Shown: positions 42,701 through 60,700 of the stretch, in pieces
How the letters are laid out: the number at the start of each line of letters is the position of its first letter
Position numbering within the stretch: the first letter of the stretch is position 1
Assembly (NCBI GenBank): GCA_964016885.1
Contig: OZ024744.1
Coordinates: 108,748,001 to 108,812,000 of the forward strand
DNA: 64,000 nt
Direction of reading: 5' to 3'
DNA from: Eledone cirrhosa
Taxonomy: Eukaryota
The notes under the pieces: generated by a model
Databases searched by the model: none
Seen by the model: only the letters and a program-made list of their open reading frames with translations
Told to the model about the DNA's origin: nothing
Program-made: the position numbers and the translations under genes

Positions 42701-45700
42701 CAGTACAGGCTATACAACAGTAGAGCTATACAACAGTACAGGCTATACAACAGTACAGGCTATACAACAGTAGAGCTATACAACAGTACAGGCTATACAA
42801 CAGTACAGGCTATACAACAGTAGAGCTATACAACAGTACCAGCTATACAACAGTACAAGCTATACAACAGTACAGGCTATACAACAGTACAGGCTATACA
42901 ACAGTACAAGCTATACAACAGTACAACTATACAACAGTACAGCTATACAACAGTACAGGCTATACAACAGTACAGTCTATACAACAATACAGGCTATACA
43001 ACAGTACAGGCTATACAACAGTACAGGCTATACAACAGTACAAGCTATACAACAGTACAGGCTATACAACAGTACAGGCTATACAACAGTACAGGCTATA
43101 CAACAATACAGGCTATACAACAGTACAGGCTATACAACAGTACAAGGTATACAACAGTACAGGCTATACAACAGTATAAGCTATACAACAGTACAGGCTA
43201 TACAACAGTACAGGCTATACAACAGTACAGGCTATACAACAGTACAGGCTATACAACAGTACAGGCTATACAACAATACAGGCTATACAACAGTACAGGC
43301 TATACAACAGTACAAGCTATACAACAGTACAGGCTATACAACAATACAGGCTATACAACAGTACAGGCTATACAACAGTACAGGCTATACAACAGTACAG
43401 GCTATACAACAGTACAGGCTATACAACAGTACAGGCTATACAACAGTACAAGCTATACAACAGTACAAGCTATACAACAGTACAGGCTATACAACAGTAC
43501 AGGCTATACAACAGTACAGGCTATACAACAGTAGAGCTATACAACAGTACAAGCTATACAACAGTACAGGCTATACAACAGTACAGGCTATACAACAGTA
43601 CAGGCTATACAACAATACAGGCTATACAACAGTACAGGCTATACAACAGTACAGGCTATACAACAGTACAGGCTATACAACAGTACAAGCTATACAACAG
43701 TACGGGCTATACAACAGTAGAGCTATACAACAGTACAAGCTATACAACAGTACAGGCTATACAACAGTACAAGCTATACAACAGTACAGGCTATACAACA
43801 GTACAGACTATACAACAATACAGGCTATACAACAGTACAGGCTATACAACAGTACAGGCTATACAACAGTACAGGCTATATAACAGTACAGGCTATACAA
43901 CAGTACAGGCTATACAACAGTACAGGCTATACAACAGTACAGGCTATACAACAGTACAGGCTATACAACTCTACAGGCTATACAACAGTACAAGCTATAC
44001 AACAGTACAGGCTATACAACAGTACAGGCTATACAACAGTACAAGCTATAGAACAGTACAAGCTATACAACAGTACAGGCTATACAACAGTACAGGCTAT
44101 ACAACAGTACAGGCTATACAACAGTACAAGGTATACAACAGTACAGGCTATACAACAGTACAGGCTATACAACAGTACAGGCTATACAACAGTACAAGCT
44201 ATACAACAGTACAAGCTATACAACAGTACAAGCTATACAACAGTACAGGCTATACAACAGTAGAGCTATACAACAGTACAAGCTATACAACAGTACAGGC
44301 TATACAACAGTACAGGCTATACAACAGTACAAGCTATACAACAGTACAAGCTATACAACAGTACAGGCTATACAACAGTACAGGCTATACAACAGTACAA
44401 GCTATACAACAGTACAAGCTATACAACAGTACAGGCTATACAACAGTACAGGCTATACAACAGTACAGGCTATACAACAGTACAAGCTATACAACAGTAC
44501 AAGCTATACAACAGTACAGGCTATACAACAGTACAGGCTATACAACAGTACAGGCTATACAACAGTACAAGGTATACAACAGTACAGGCTATACAACAAT
44601 ACAAGCTATACAACAGTACAGGCTATACAACAGTACAGGCTATACAACAGTACAGGCTATACAACAGTACAAGCTATACAACAGTACAAGCTATACAACA
44701 GTACAGGCTATACAACAGTAGAGCTATACAACAGTACAAGCTATACAACAGTACAGGCTATACAACAGTACAGGCTATACAACAGTACAAGCTATACAAC
44801 AGTACAAGCTATACAACAGTACAGGCTATACAACAGTACAGGCTATACAACAGTACAAGCTATACAACAGTAGAAGCTATACAACAGTACAGGCTATACA
44901 ACAGTACAGACGATACAACAATACAGGCTATACAACAGTACAGGCTATTCAACAGTACAGGCTATACAACAGTACAAGCTATACAACAGTACAGGCTATA
45001 CAACAGTACAGGCTATACAACAATACAGGCTATACAACAGTACAGGCTATACAACAATACAGGCTATACAACAGTACAGGCTATACAACAGTACAAGGTA
45101 TACAACAGTACAGGCTATACAACAGTACAAGCTATACAACAGTACAGGCTATACAACAATACAGGCTATACAACAGTACAGGCTATACAACAGTAGAGCT
45201 ATACAACAGTACAGGCTATACAACAGTACAGGCTATACAACAGTAGAGCTATACAACAGTACAGGCTATACAACAGTACAGGCTATACAACAGTAGAGCT
45301 ATACAACAGTACCAGCTATACAACAGTACAAGCTATACAACAGTACAGGCTATACAACAGTACAGGCTATACAACAGTACAAGCTATACAACAGTACAGC
45401 TATACAACAGTACAGCTATACAACAGTACAGGCTATACAACAGTACAGACTATACAACAATACAGGCTATACAACAGTACAGGCTATACAACAGTACAGG
45501 CTATACAACAGTACAACCTATACAACAGTACAGGCTATACAACAGTACAAGGTATACAACAGTACAGGCTATACAACAGTACAAGCTATACAACAGTACA
45601 GGCTATACAACAGTACAGGCTATACAACAGTACAGGCTATACAACAGTACAGGCTATACAACAGTACAGGCTATACAACAATACAGGCTATACAACAGTA

Positions 45701-48700
45701 CAGGCTATACAACAGTACAAGCTATACAACAGTACAGGCTATACAACAATACAGGCTATACAACAGTACAGGCTATACAACAGTACAGGCTATACAACAG
45801 TACAGTCTATACAACAGTACAGGCTATACAACAGTACAGGCTATACAACAGTACAAGCTATACAACAGTACAAGCTATACAACAGTACAGGCTATACAAC
45901 AGTACAGGCTATACAACAGTACAGGCTATACAACAGTAGAGCTATACAACAGTACAAGCTATACAACAGTACAGGCTATACAACAGTACAGGCTATACAA
46001 CAGTACAGGCTATACAACAATACAGGCTATACAACAGTACAGGCTATACAACAGTACAGGCTATACAACAGTACAGGCTATACAACAGTACAAGCTATAC
46101 AACAGTACGGGCTATACAACAGTAGAGCTATACAACAGTACAAGCTATACAACAGTACAGGCTATACAACAGTACAAGCTATACAACAGTACAGGCTATA
46201 CAACAGTACAGACTATACAACAATACAGGCTACACAACAGTACAGGCTATACAACAGTACAGGCTATACAACAGTACAGACTATATAACAGTACAGGCTA
46301 TACAACAGTACAGGCTATACAACAGTACAGGCTATACAACAGTACAGGCTATACAACAGTACAGGCTATACGACTCTACAGGCTATACAACAGTACAAGC
46401 TATACAACAGTACAGGCTATACAACAGTACAGGCTATACAACAGTACAGGCTATACAACAGTACAAGCTATACAACAGTACAAGCTATACAACAGTACAG
46501 GCTATACAACAGTACAGGCTATACAACAGTACAGGCTATACAACAGTACAAGGTATACAACAGTACAGGCTATACAACAGTACAAGCTATACAACAGTAC
46601 AGGCCATACAACAGTACAGGCTATACAACAGTACAGGCTATACAACAGTACAAGCTATACAACAGTACAAGCTATACAACAGTACAGGCTATACAACAGT
46701 AGAGCTATACAACAGTACAAGCTATACAACAGTAGAGGCTATACAACAGTACAGGCTATACAACAGTACAAGCTATACAACAGTACAAGCTATACAACAG
46801 TACAGGCTATACAACATTACAGGCTATACAACAGTACAGGCTATACAACAGTACAAGCTATACAACAGTACAGGCTATACAACAGTACAGACTATACAAC
46901 AATACAGGCTATACAACAGTACAGGCTATACAACAGTACAGGCTACACTACAGTACAAGCTATACAACAGTACAGGCTATACAACAGTACAGGCTATACA
47001 ACAGTACAGGCTATACAACAGTACAGGCTATACAACAGTACAGGCTATACAACAGTACAAGGTATACAACAGTACAGGCTATACAACAGTACAAGCTATA
47101 CAACAGTACAGGCTATACAACAATACAGGCTATACAACAGTACAGGCTATACAACAGTAGAGCTATACAACAGTACAGGCTATACAACAGTACAGGCTAT
47201 ACAACAGTAGAGCTATACAACACTACAGGCTATACAACAGTACAGGCTATACAACAGTAGAGCTATACAACAGTACCAGCTATACAACAGTACAAGCTAT
47301 ACAACAGTACAGGCTATACAACAGTACAGGCTATACAACAGTACAAGCTACACAACAGTACAGCTATACAACAGTACAGCTATACAACAGTACAGGCTAT
47401 ACAACAGTACAAGCTATACAACAGTACGAGCTATACAACAGTACAGGCTATACAACAGTACAGGCTATACAACAGTACAGGCTATACGACAGTACAAGCT
47501 ATACAACAGTACAGTCTATACAACAGTACAAGCTATACAACACTACAGGCTATACAACAGTACAAGCTATACAACAGTACAAGCTATACAACAGTACAGG
47601 CTATACAACAGTACAAGCTATACAACAGTACAAGGTATACAACAGTAAAGGCTATACAACAGTACAAGCTATACAACAGTACAGGCTATACAACAGTACA
47701 AGCTATACAACAGTACAGGCTATACAACAGTACAGGCTGTACAACAGTACAAGCTATACAACAGTACAAGCTATACAACAGTACAGGCTATACAACAGTA
47801 CAGGCTATACAACAGTACAAGCTATACAACAGTACAAGCTATACAACAGTACAGGCTATACAACAGTACAAACTATACAACAGTACAAGCTATACAACAG
47901 TACAGGCTATACAACAGTACAGGCTATACAACAGTACAGGCTATACAACAATACAGGCTATACAACAGTACAGGCTATACAACAGTATAGGCTATACAAC
48001 AGTACAGGCTATACAACAGTACAAGCTATACAACAGTACAGGCTATACAACAGTACAGGCTATACAACAGTACAGGCTATACAACAGTACCGGCTATACA
48101 ACAGTACAAGCTATACAACAGTACAAGTTATACAACAGTACAGGCTATACAACAGTACAAGCTATACAACAGGACAGGCTATACAACAGTACAAGCTATA
48201 CAACAGTACAGGCTATACAACAGTACAGGCTATACAACAGTACAGGCTATACAACAGTACAGTCTATACAACAGTACAGGCTATACAACAGTACAAGCTA
48301 TACAACAGTACAAGCTATACAACAGTACAGGCTATACAACAGTACAAGCTATACAACAGTACAGGCTATACAACAGTACAGGCTATACAACAGTACAGGC
48401 TATACAACAGTACAGGCTATACAACAGTACCGGCTATACAACAGTACAAGCTATACAACAGTACAAGTTATACAACAGTACAGGCTATACAACAGTACGA
48501 CCTATACAACAGGACAGGCTATATAACAGTACAAGCTATACAACAGTACAGGCTATACAACAGTACAGGCTATACAACAGTACAGGCTATACAACAGTAC
48601 AGGCTATACAACAGTACAGGCTATACAACAGTACAGGCTATACAACAGTACAGGCTATACAACAGTACAGGCTATACAACAGTACAGGCTATAGAACAGT

Positions 48701-51700
48701 ACAGGCTATACAACAGTACAGGCTATACAACAGTACAAGCTATACAACAGTACAGGCTATATGACAGTAGAGCTATAAAACAGTACAGGCTATACAACAG
48801 TACAGGCTATACAACAGTACAGGCTATACAACAGTACAGGCTATACAACAGTACAGGCTATACAACAGTACAGGCTATACAACAGTACAGGCTATACAAC
48901 AGTACAGTCTATACAACAGTACAGGCTATACAACAGTAGAGCTATACAACAGTACAGGCTATACAACAGTACAGTCTATACAACAGTACAGGCTATACAA
49001 CAGTAGAGCTATACAACAGTACAAGCTATACAACAGTACAGGCTATACAACAGTACAGGCTATACAACAGTACGGGCTATACAACAATACAGGCTATACA
49101 ACAGTACAGGCTATACAACAGTACAGGCTATACAACAGTACAGGCTATACAACAGTACAAGCTATACAACAGTACAGGCTATACAACATTAGAGCTATAC
49201 AACAGTACAAGCTATACAACAGTACAGGCTATACAACAGTACAAGCTATACAACAGTACAGGCTATACAACAGTACAGACTATACAACAATACAGGCTAT
49301 ACAACAGTACAGGCTATACAACAGTACAGGCTATACAACAGTACAGGCTATATAACAGTACAGGCTATACAACAGTACAGGCTATACAACAGTACAGGCT
49401 ATACAACAGTACAGGCTATACAACAGTACAGGCTATACAACTCTACAGGCTATACAACAGTACAAGCTATACAACAGTACAGGCTATACAACAGTACAGG
49501 CTATACAACAGTACAGTCTATACAACAGTACAAGCTATACAACAGTACAAGCTATACAACAGTACAAGCTATACAACAGTACAGGCTATACAACAGTAGA
49601 GCTATACAACAGTACAGGCTATACAACAGTACAGGCTATACAACAGTACAGGCTATACAACAGTACAAGGTATACAACAGTACAGGCTATACAACAGTAC
49701 AAGCTATACAACAGTACAGGCTATACAACAGTACAGGCTATACAACAGTACAGGCTATACAACAGTACAAGCTATACAACAGTACAAGCTATACAACAGT
49801 ACAGGCTATACAACAGTAGAGCTATACAACAGTACAAGCTATACAACAGTACAGGCTATACAACAGTACAGGCTATACAACAGTACAAGCTATACAACAG
49901 TACAAGCTATACAACAGTACAGGCTATACAACAGTACAGGCTATACAACAGTACAAGCTATACAACAGTACAAGCTATACAACAGTACAGGCTATACAAC
50001 AGTACAGACTATACAACAATACAGGCTATACAACAGTACAGGCTATACAACAGTACAGGCTATACAACAGTACAAGCTATACAACAGTACAGGCTATACA
50101 ACAGTACAGGCTATACAACAATACAGGCTATACAACAGTACAGGCTATACAACAGTACAAGGTATACAACAGTACAGGCTATACAACAGTACAAACTATA
50201 CAACAGTACAGGCTATACAACAATACAGGCTATACAACAGTACAGGCTATACAACAGTAGAGCTATACAACAGTACAGGCTATACAACAGTACAGGCTAT
50301 ACAACAGTAGAGCTATACAATAGTACAGGCTATACAACAGTACAGGCTATACAACAGTAGAGCTATACAACAGTACCAGCTATACAACAGTACAAGCTAT
50401 ACAACAGTACAGGCTATACAACAGTACAGGCTATACAACAGTACAAGCTATACAACAGTACAGCTATACAACAGTACAGCTATACAACAGTACAGGCTAT
50501 ACAACAGTACAAGCTCTACAACAGTACGAGCTATACAACAGTACAGGCTATACAACAGTACAGGCTATACAACAGTACAGGCTATACGACAGTACAAGCT
50601 ATACAACAGTACAGTCTATACAACTGTACAAGCTATACAACACTACAGGCTATACAACAGTACAAGCTATACAACAGTACAAGCTATACAACAGTACAGG
50701 CTATACAACAGTACAAGCTATACAACAGTACAAGGTATACAACAGTACAGGCTATACAACAGTACAAGCTATACAACAGTACAGGCTATACAACAGTACA
50801 AGCTATACAACAGTACAGGCTATACAACAGTACAGGCTATACAACAGTACAAGCTATACAACAGTACAAGCTATACAACAGTACAGGCTATACAACAGTA
50901 CAGGCTATACAACAGTACAAGCTATACAACAGTACAAGCTATACAACAGTACAGGCTATACAACAGTACAAACTATACAACAGTACAAGCTATACAACAG
51001 TACAGGCTATACAACAGTACAGGCTATACAACAGTACAGGCTATACAACAATACAGGCTATACAACAGTACAGGCTATACAACAGTACAGGCTATACAAC
51101 AGTACAGGCTATACAACAGTACAGGCTATACAACAGTACAGGCTATACAACAGTACAGGCTATACAACAGTACAGGCTATACAACAGTACAAGTATACAA
51201 CAGTACAGGCTATACAACAGTACAGGCTATACAACAGTACAGGCTATACAACAGTACCGGCTATACAACAGTACAAGCTATACAACAGTACAAGTTATAC
51301 AACAGTACAGGCTATACAACAGTACAAGCTATACAACAGGACAGGCTATACAACAGTACAAGCTATACAACAGTACAGGCTATACAACAGTACAGGCTAT
51401 ACAACAGTACAGGCTATACAACAGTACAGGCTATACAACAGTACAAGCTATGCAACAGTACAAGCTATACAACAGTACAGGCTATACAACAGTACAGGCT
51501 ATACAACAGTACAAGCTATACAACAGTACAGGCTATACAACAGTACAGGCTATACAACAGTACAGGCTATACAACAGTACAGGCTATACAACAGTACCGG
51601 CTATACAACAGTACAAGCTATACAACAGTACAAGTTATACAACAGTACAGGCTATACAACAGTACAAGCTATACAACAGGACAGGCTATATAACAGTACA

Positions 51701-54700
51701 AGCTATACAACAGTACAGGCTATACAACAGTACAGGCTATACAACAGTACAGGCTATACAACAGTATAGGCTATACAACAGTACAGGCTATACAACAGTA
51801 CAGGCTATACAACAGTACAGGCTATACAACAGTACAGGCTATACAACAGTACAGGCTATAGAACAGTACAGGCTATACAACAGTACAGGCTATACAACAG
51901 TACAAGCTATACAACAGTACAGGCTATACAACAGTAGAGCTATACAACAGTACAGGCTATACAACAGTACAGGCTATACAACAGTACAGGCTATACAACA
52001 GTACAGGCTATACAACAGTACAGGCTATACAACAGTACAGGCTATACAACAGTACAGGCTATACAACAGTACAGGCTATACAACAGTACAGGCTATACAA
52101 CAGTACAGGCTATACAACTGTACAGGCTATACAACAGTACAGGCTATACAACAGTACAGTCTATACAACAGTACAGGCTATACAACAGTAGAGCTATACA
52201 ACAGCACAGGCTATACAACAGTACAGTCTATACAACAGTACAGGCTATACAACAGTACAGGCTATACAACAATACAGGCTATACAACAGTACAGGCTATA
52301 CAACAGTACAAGGTATACAACAGTACAGGCTATACAACAGTACAAGCTATACAACAGTACAGGCTATACAACAGTACAGGCTATACAACAATACAGGCTA
52401 TACAACAGTACAGGCTATACAACAGTACAGGCTATACAACAATACAGGCTATACAACAGTACAGGCTATACAACAGTACAAGCTATACAACAGTACAGGC
52501 TATACAACAATACAGGCTATACAACAGTACAGGCTATACAACAGTACAGGCTATACAACAGTACAGGCTATACAACAGTACAGGCTATACAACAGTACAA
52601 GCTATACAACAGTACAGGCTATACAACAATACAGGCTATACAACAGTACAGGCTATACAACAGTACAGGCTATACAACAGTACAGGCTATACAACAGTAC
52701 AAGCTATACAACAGTACAGGCTATACAACAGTAGAGCTATACAACAGTACAAGCTATACAACAGTACAGGCTATACAACAGTACAAGCTATACAACAGTA
52801 CAGGCTATACAACAGTACAGACTATACAACAATACAGGCTATACAACAGTACAGGCTATACAACAGTACAGGCTATATAACAGTACAGGCTATACAACAG
52901 TACAGGCTATACAACAGTACAGGCTGTACAACAGTACAGGCTATACAACAGTACAGGCTATACAACACTACAGGCTATACAACAGTACAAGCTATACAAC
53001 AGTACAGGCTATACAACAGTACAGGCTATACAACAGTACAGGCTATACAACAGTACAAGCTACACAACAGTACAAGCTATACAACAGTACAGGCTATACA
53101 ACAGTACAGGCTATACAACAGTACAGGCTATACAACAGTACAAGGTATACAACAGTACAGGCTATACAACAGTACAAGCTATACAACAGTACAGGCTATA
53201 CAACAGTACAGGCTATACAACAGTACAGTCTATACAACAGTACAGGCTATACAACAGTACAGGCTATACAACAGTACAAGCTATACAACAGTACAAGCTA
53301 TACAACAGTACAGGCTATACAACAGTACAGGCTATACAACAGTACAGGCTATACAACAGTAGAGCTATACAACAGTACAAGCTATACAACAGTACAGGCT
53401 ATACAACAGTACAGGCTATACAACAGTACAGGCTATACAACAATACAGGCTATACAACAGTACAGGCTATACAACAGTACAGGCTATACAACAGTACAGG
53501 CTATACAACAGTACAAGCTATACAACAGTACGGGCTATACAACAGTAGAGCTATACAACAGTACAAGCTATACAACAGTACAGGCTATACAACAGTACAA
53601 GCTATACAACAGTACAGGCTATACAACAGTACAGACTATACAACAATACAGGCTACACAACAGTACAGGCTATACAACAGTACAGGCTATACAACAGTAC
53701 AGACTATATAACAGTACAGGCTATACAACAGTACAGGCTATACAACAGTACAGGCTATACAACAGTACAGGCTATACAACAGTACAGGCTATACAACTCT
53801 ACAGGCTATACAACAGTACAAGCTATACAACAGTACAGGCTATACAACAGTACAGGCTATACAACAGTACAGGCTATACAACAGTACAAGCTATACAACA
53901 GTACAAGCTATACAACAGTACAGGCTATACAACAGTACAGGCTATACAACAGTACAGGCTATACAACAGTACAAGGTATACAACAGTACAGGCTATACAA
54001 CAGTACAGGCTATACAACAGTACAGGCTATACAACAGTACAAGCTATACAACAGTACAAGGTATACAACAGTACAGGCTATACAACAGTACAAGCTATAC
54101 AACAGTACAGGCTATACAACAGTACAAGCTATACAACAGTACAGGCTATACAACAGTACAGGCTATACAACAGTACAAGCTATACAACAGTACAAGCTAT
54201 ACAACAGTACAGGCTATACAACAGTACAGGCTATACAACAGTACAGGCTATACAACAGTACAGGCTATACAACAGTACAGGCTATACAACAGTAGAGCTA
54301 TACAACAGTACAAGCTATACAACAGTACAGCTATACAACAGTACAGCTATACAACAGTACAGGCTATACAACAGTACAAGCTCTACAACAGTACGAGCTA
54401 TACAACAGTACAGGCTATACAACAGTACAGGCTATACAACAGTACAGGCTATACGACAGTACAAGCTATACAACAGTACAGTCTATACAACAGTACAAGC
54501 TATACAACACTACAGGCTATACAACAGTACAAGCTATACAACAGTACAAGCTATACAACAGTACAGGCTATACAACAGTACAAGCTATACAACAGTACAA
54601 GGTATACAACAGTACAGGCTATACAACAGTACAAGCTATACAACAGTACAGGCTATACAACAGTACAAGCTATACAACAGTACAGGCTATACAACAGTAC

Positions 54701-57700
54701 AGGCTATACAACAGTACAAGCTATACAACAGTACAAGCTATACAACAGTACAGGCTATACAACAGTACAGGCTATACAACAGTACAAGCTATACAACAGT
54801 ACAAGCTATACAACAGTACAGGCTATACAACAGTACAAACTATACAACAGTACAAGCTATACAACAGTACAGGCTATACAACAATACAGGCTATACAACA
54901 GTACAGGCTATACAACAATACAGGCTATACAACAGTACAGGCTATACAACAGTACAGGCTATACAACAGTACAGGCTATACAACAGTACAGGCTATACAA
55001 CAGTACAGGCTATACAACAGTACAGGCTATACAACAGTACAAGTATACAACAGTACAGGCTATACAACAGTACAGGCTATACAACAGTACAGGCTATACA
55101 ACAGTACCGGCTATACAACAGTACAAGCTATACAACAGTACAAGTTATACAACAGTACAGGCTATACAACAGTACAAGCTATACAACAGGACAGGCTATA
55201 CAACAGTACAAGCTATACAACAGTACAGGCTATACAACAGTACAGGCTATACAACAGTACAGGCTATACAACAGTACAGGCTATACAACAGTACAGGCTA
55301 TACAACAGTACAAGCTATGCAACAGTACAAGCTATACAACAGTACAGGCTATACAACAGTACAGGCTATACAACAGTACAAGCTATACAACAGTACAGGC
55401 TATACAACAGTACAGGCTATACAACAGTACAGGCTATACAACAGTACAGGCTATACAACAGTACCGGCTATACAACAGTACAAGCTATACAACAGTACAA
55501 GTTATACAACAGTACAGGCTATACAACAGTACAAGCTATACAACAGGACAGGCTATATAACAGTACAAGCTATACAACAGTACAGGCTATACAACAGTAC
55601 AGGCTATACAACAGTACAGGCTATACAACAGTATAGGCTATACAACAGTACAGGCTATACAACAGTACAGGCTATACAACAGTACAGGCTATACAACAGT
55701 ACAGGCTATACAACAGTACAGGCTATAGAACAGTACAGGCTATACAACAGTACAGGCTATACAACAGTACAAGCTATACAACAGTACAGGCTATACAACA
55801 GTAGAGCTATACAACAGTACAGGCTATACAACAGTACAGGCTATACAACAGTACAGGCTATACAACAGTACAGGCTATACAACAGTACAGGCTATACAAC
55901 AGTACAGGCTATACAACAGTACAGGCTATACAACAGTACAGGCTATACAACAGTACAGGCTATACAACTGTACAGGCTATACAACAGTACAGGCTATACA
56001 ACAGTACAGTCTATACAACAGTACAGGCTATACAACAGTAGAGCTATACAACAGCACAGGCTATACAACAGTACAGTCTATACAACAGTACAGGCTATAC
56101 AACAGTACAGGCTATACAACAATACAGGCTATACAACAGTACAGGCTATACAACAGTACAAGGTATACAACAGTACAGGCTATACAACAGTACAAGCTAT
56201 ACAACAGTACAGGCTATACAACAGTACAGGCTATACAACAATACAGGCTATACAACAGTACAGGCTATACAACAGTACAGGCTATACAACAATACAGGCT
56301 ATACAACAGTACAGGCTATACAACAGTACAAGCTATACAACAGTACAGGCTATACAACAATACAGGCTATACAACAGTACAGGCTATACAACAGTACAGG
56401 CTATACAACAGTACAGGCTATACAACAGTACAGGCTATACAACAGTACAAGCTATACAACAGTACAGGCTATACAACAATACAGGCTATACAACAGTACA
56501 GGCTATACAACAGTACAGGCTATACAACAGTACAGGCTATACAACAGTACAAGCTATACAACAGTACAGGCTATACAACAGTAGAGCTATACAACAGTAC
56601 AAGCTATACAACAGTACAGGCTATACAACAGTACAAGCTATACAACAGTACAGGCTATACAACAGTACAGACTATACAACAATACAGGCTATACAACAGT
56701 ACAGGCTATACAACAGTACAGGCTATATAACAGTACAGGCTATACAACAGTACAGGCTATACAACAGTACAGGCTGTACAACAGTACAGGCTATACAACA
56801 GTACAGGCTATACAACACTACAGGCTATACAACAGTACAAGCTATACAACAGTACAGGCTATACAACAGTACAGGCTATACAACAGTACAGGCTATACAA
56901 CAGTACAAGCTACACAACAGTACAAGCTATACAACAGTACAGGCTATACAACAGTACAGGCTATACAACAGTACAGGCTATACAACAGTACAAGGTATAC
57001 AACAGTACAGGCTATACAACAGTACAAGCTATACAACAGTACAGGCTATACAACAGTACAGGCTATACAACAGTACAGTCTATACAACAGTACAGGCTAT
57101 ACAACAGTACAGGCTATACAACAGTACAAGCTATACAACAGTACAAGCTATACAACAGTACAGGCTATACAACAGTACAGGCTATACAACAGTACAGGCT
57201 ATACAACAGTAGAGCTATACAACAGTACAAGCTATACAACAGTACAGGCTATACAACAGTACAGGCTATACAACAGTACAGGCTATACAACAATACAGGC
57301 TATACAACAGTACAGGCTATACAACAGTACAGGCTATACAACAGTACAGGCTATACAACAGTACAAGCTATACAACAGTACGGGCTATACAACAGTAGAG
57401 CTATACAACAGTACAAGCTATACAACAGTACAGGCTATACAACAGTACAAGCTATACAACAGTACAGGCTATACAACAGTACAGACTATACAACAATACA
57501 GGCTACACAACAGTACAGGCTATACAACAGTACAGGCTATACAACAGTACAGACTATATAACAGTACAGGCTATACAACAGTACAGGCTATACAACAGTA
57601 CAGGCTATACAACAGTACAGGCTATACAACAGTACAGGCTATACAACTCTACAGGCTATACAACAGTACAAGCTATACAACAGTACAGGCTATACAACAG

Positions 57701-60700
57701 TACAGGCTATACAACAGTACAGGCTATACAACAGTACAAGCTATACAACAGTACAAGCTATACAACAGTACAGGCTATACAACAGTACAGGCTATACAAC
57801 AGTACAGGCTATACAACAGTACAAGGTATACAACAGTACAGGCTATACAACAGTACAAGCTATACAACAGTACAGGCCATACAACAGTACAGGCTATACA
57901 ACAGTACAGGCTATACAACAGTACAAGCTATACAACAGTACAAGCTATACAACAGTACAGGCTATACAACAGTAGAGCTATACAACAGTACAAGCTATAC
58001 AACAGTAGAGGCTATACAACAGTACAGGCTATACAACAGTACAAGCTATACAACAGTACAAGCTATACAACAGTACAGGCTATACAACATTACAGGCTAT
58101 ACAACAGTACAGGCTATACAACAGTACAAGCTATACAACAGTACAGGCTATACAACAGTACAGACTATACAACAATACAGGCTATACAACAGTACAGGCT
58201 ATACAACAGTACAGGCTACACTACAGTACAAGCTATACAACAGTACAGGCTATACAACAGTACAGGCTATACAACAGTACAGGCTATACAACAATACAGG
58301 CTATACAACAGTACAGGCTATACAACAGTACAAGGTATACAACAGTACAGGCTATACAACAGTACAAGCTATACAACAGTACAGGCTATACAACAATACA
58401 GGCTATACAACAGTACAGGCTATACAACAGTAGAGCTATACAACAGTACAGGCTATACAACAGTACAGGCTATACAACAGTAGAGCTATACAACACTACA
58501 GGCTATACAACAGTACAGGCTATACAACAGTAGAGCTATACAACAGTACCAGCTATACAACAGTACAAGCTATACAACAGTACAGGCTATACAACAGTAC
58601 AGGCTATACAACAGTACAAGCTACACAACAGTACAGCTATACAACAGTACAGCTATACAACAGTACAGGCTATACAACAGTACAAGCTATACAACAGTAC
58701 GAGCTATACAACAGTACAGGCTATACAACAGTACAGGCTATACAACAGTACAGGCTATACGACAGTACAAGCTATACAACAGTACAGTCTATACAACAGT
58801 ACAAGCTATACAACACTACAGGCTATACAACAGTACAAGCTATACAACAGTACAAGCTATACAACAGTACAGGCTATACAACAGTACAAGCTATACAACA
58901 GTACAAGGTATACAACAGTAAAGGCTATACAACAGTACAAGCTATACAACAGTACAGGCTATACAACAGTACAAGCTATACAACAGTACAGGCTATACAA
59001 CAGTACAGGCTGTACAACAGTACAAGCTATACAACAGTACAAGCTATACAACAGTACAGGCTATACAACAGTACAGGCTATACAACAGTACAAGCTATAC
59101 AACAGTACAAGCTATACAACAGTACAGGCTATACAACAGTACAAACTATACAACAGTACAAGCTATACAACAGTACAGGCTATACAACAGTACAGGCTAT
59201 ACAACAGTACAGGCTATACAACAATACAGGCTATACAACAGTACAGGCTATACAACAGTATAGGCTATACAACAGTACAGGCTATACAACAGTACAAGCT
59301 ATACAACAGTACAGGCTATACAACAGTACAGGCTATACAACAGTACAGGCTATACAACAGTACCGGCTATACAACAGTACAAGCTATACAACAGTACAAG
59401 TTATACAACAGTACAGGCTATACAACAGTACAAGCTATACAACAGGACAGGCTATACAACAGTACAAGCTATACAACAGTACAGGCTATACAACAGTACA
59501 GGCTATACAACAGTACAGGCTATACAACAGTACAGTCTATACAACAGTACAGGCTATACAACAGTACAAGCTATACAACAGTACAAGCTATACAACAGTA
59601 CAGGCTATACAACAGTACAAGCTATACAACAGTACAGGCTATACAACAGTACAGGCTATACAACAGTACAGGCTATACAACAGTACAGGCTATACAACAG
59701 TACCGGCTATACAACAGTACAAGCTATACAACAGTACAAGTTATACAACAGTACAGGCTATACAACAGTACGACCTATACAACAGGACAGGCTATATAAC
59801 AGTACAAGCTATACAACAGTACAGGCTATACAACAGTACAGGCTATACAACAGTACAGGCTATACAACAGTACAGGCTATACAACAGTACAGGCTATACA
59901 ACAGTACAGGCTATACAACAGTACAGGCTATACAACAGTACAGGCTATAGAACAGTACAGGCTATACAACAGTACAGGCTATACAACAGTACAAGCTATA
60001 CAACAGTACAGGCTATACGACAGTAGAGCTATAAAACAGTACAGGCTATACAACAGTACAGGCTATACAACAGTACAGGCTATACAACAGTACAGGCTAT
60101 ACAACAGTACAGGCTATACAACAGTACAGGCTATACAACAGTACAGGCTATACAACAGTACAGTCTATACAACAGTACAGGCTATACAACAGTAGAGCTA
60201 TACAACAGTACAGGCTATACAACAGTACAGTCTATACAACAGTACAGGCTATACAACAGTAGAGCTATACAACAGTACAAGCTATACAACAGTACAGGCT
60301 ATACAACAGTACAGGCTATACAACAGTACGGGCTATACAACAATACAGGCTATACAACAGTACAGGCTATACAACAGTACAGGCTATACAACAGTACAGG
60401 CTATACAACAGTACAAGCTATACAACAGTACAGGCTATACAACATTAGAGCTATACAACAGTACAAGCTATACAACAGTACAGGCTATACAACAGTACAA
60501 GCTATACAACAGTACAGGCTATACAACAGTACAGACTATACAACAATACAGGCTATACAACAGTACAGGCTATACAACAGTACAGGCTATACAACAGTAC
60601 AGGCTATATAACAGTACAGGCTATACAACAGTACAGGCTATACAACAGTACAGGCTATACAACAGTACAGGCTATACAACAGTACAGGCTATACAACTCT

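Noticed and set aside
13394-57212. Long ORFs (up to 707 aa) of YNSTGYTTVQAIQQYRL repeats
   Set aside because: These are translations of the 17-bp satellite. Starts and stops come from random monomer variants, and there are no unique termini.
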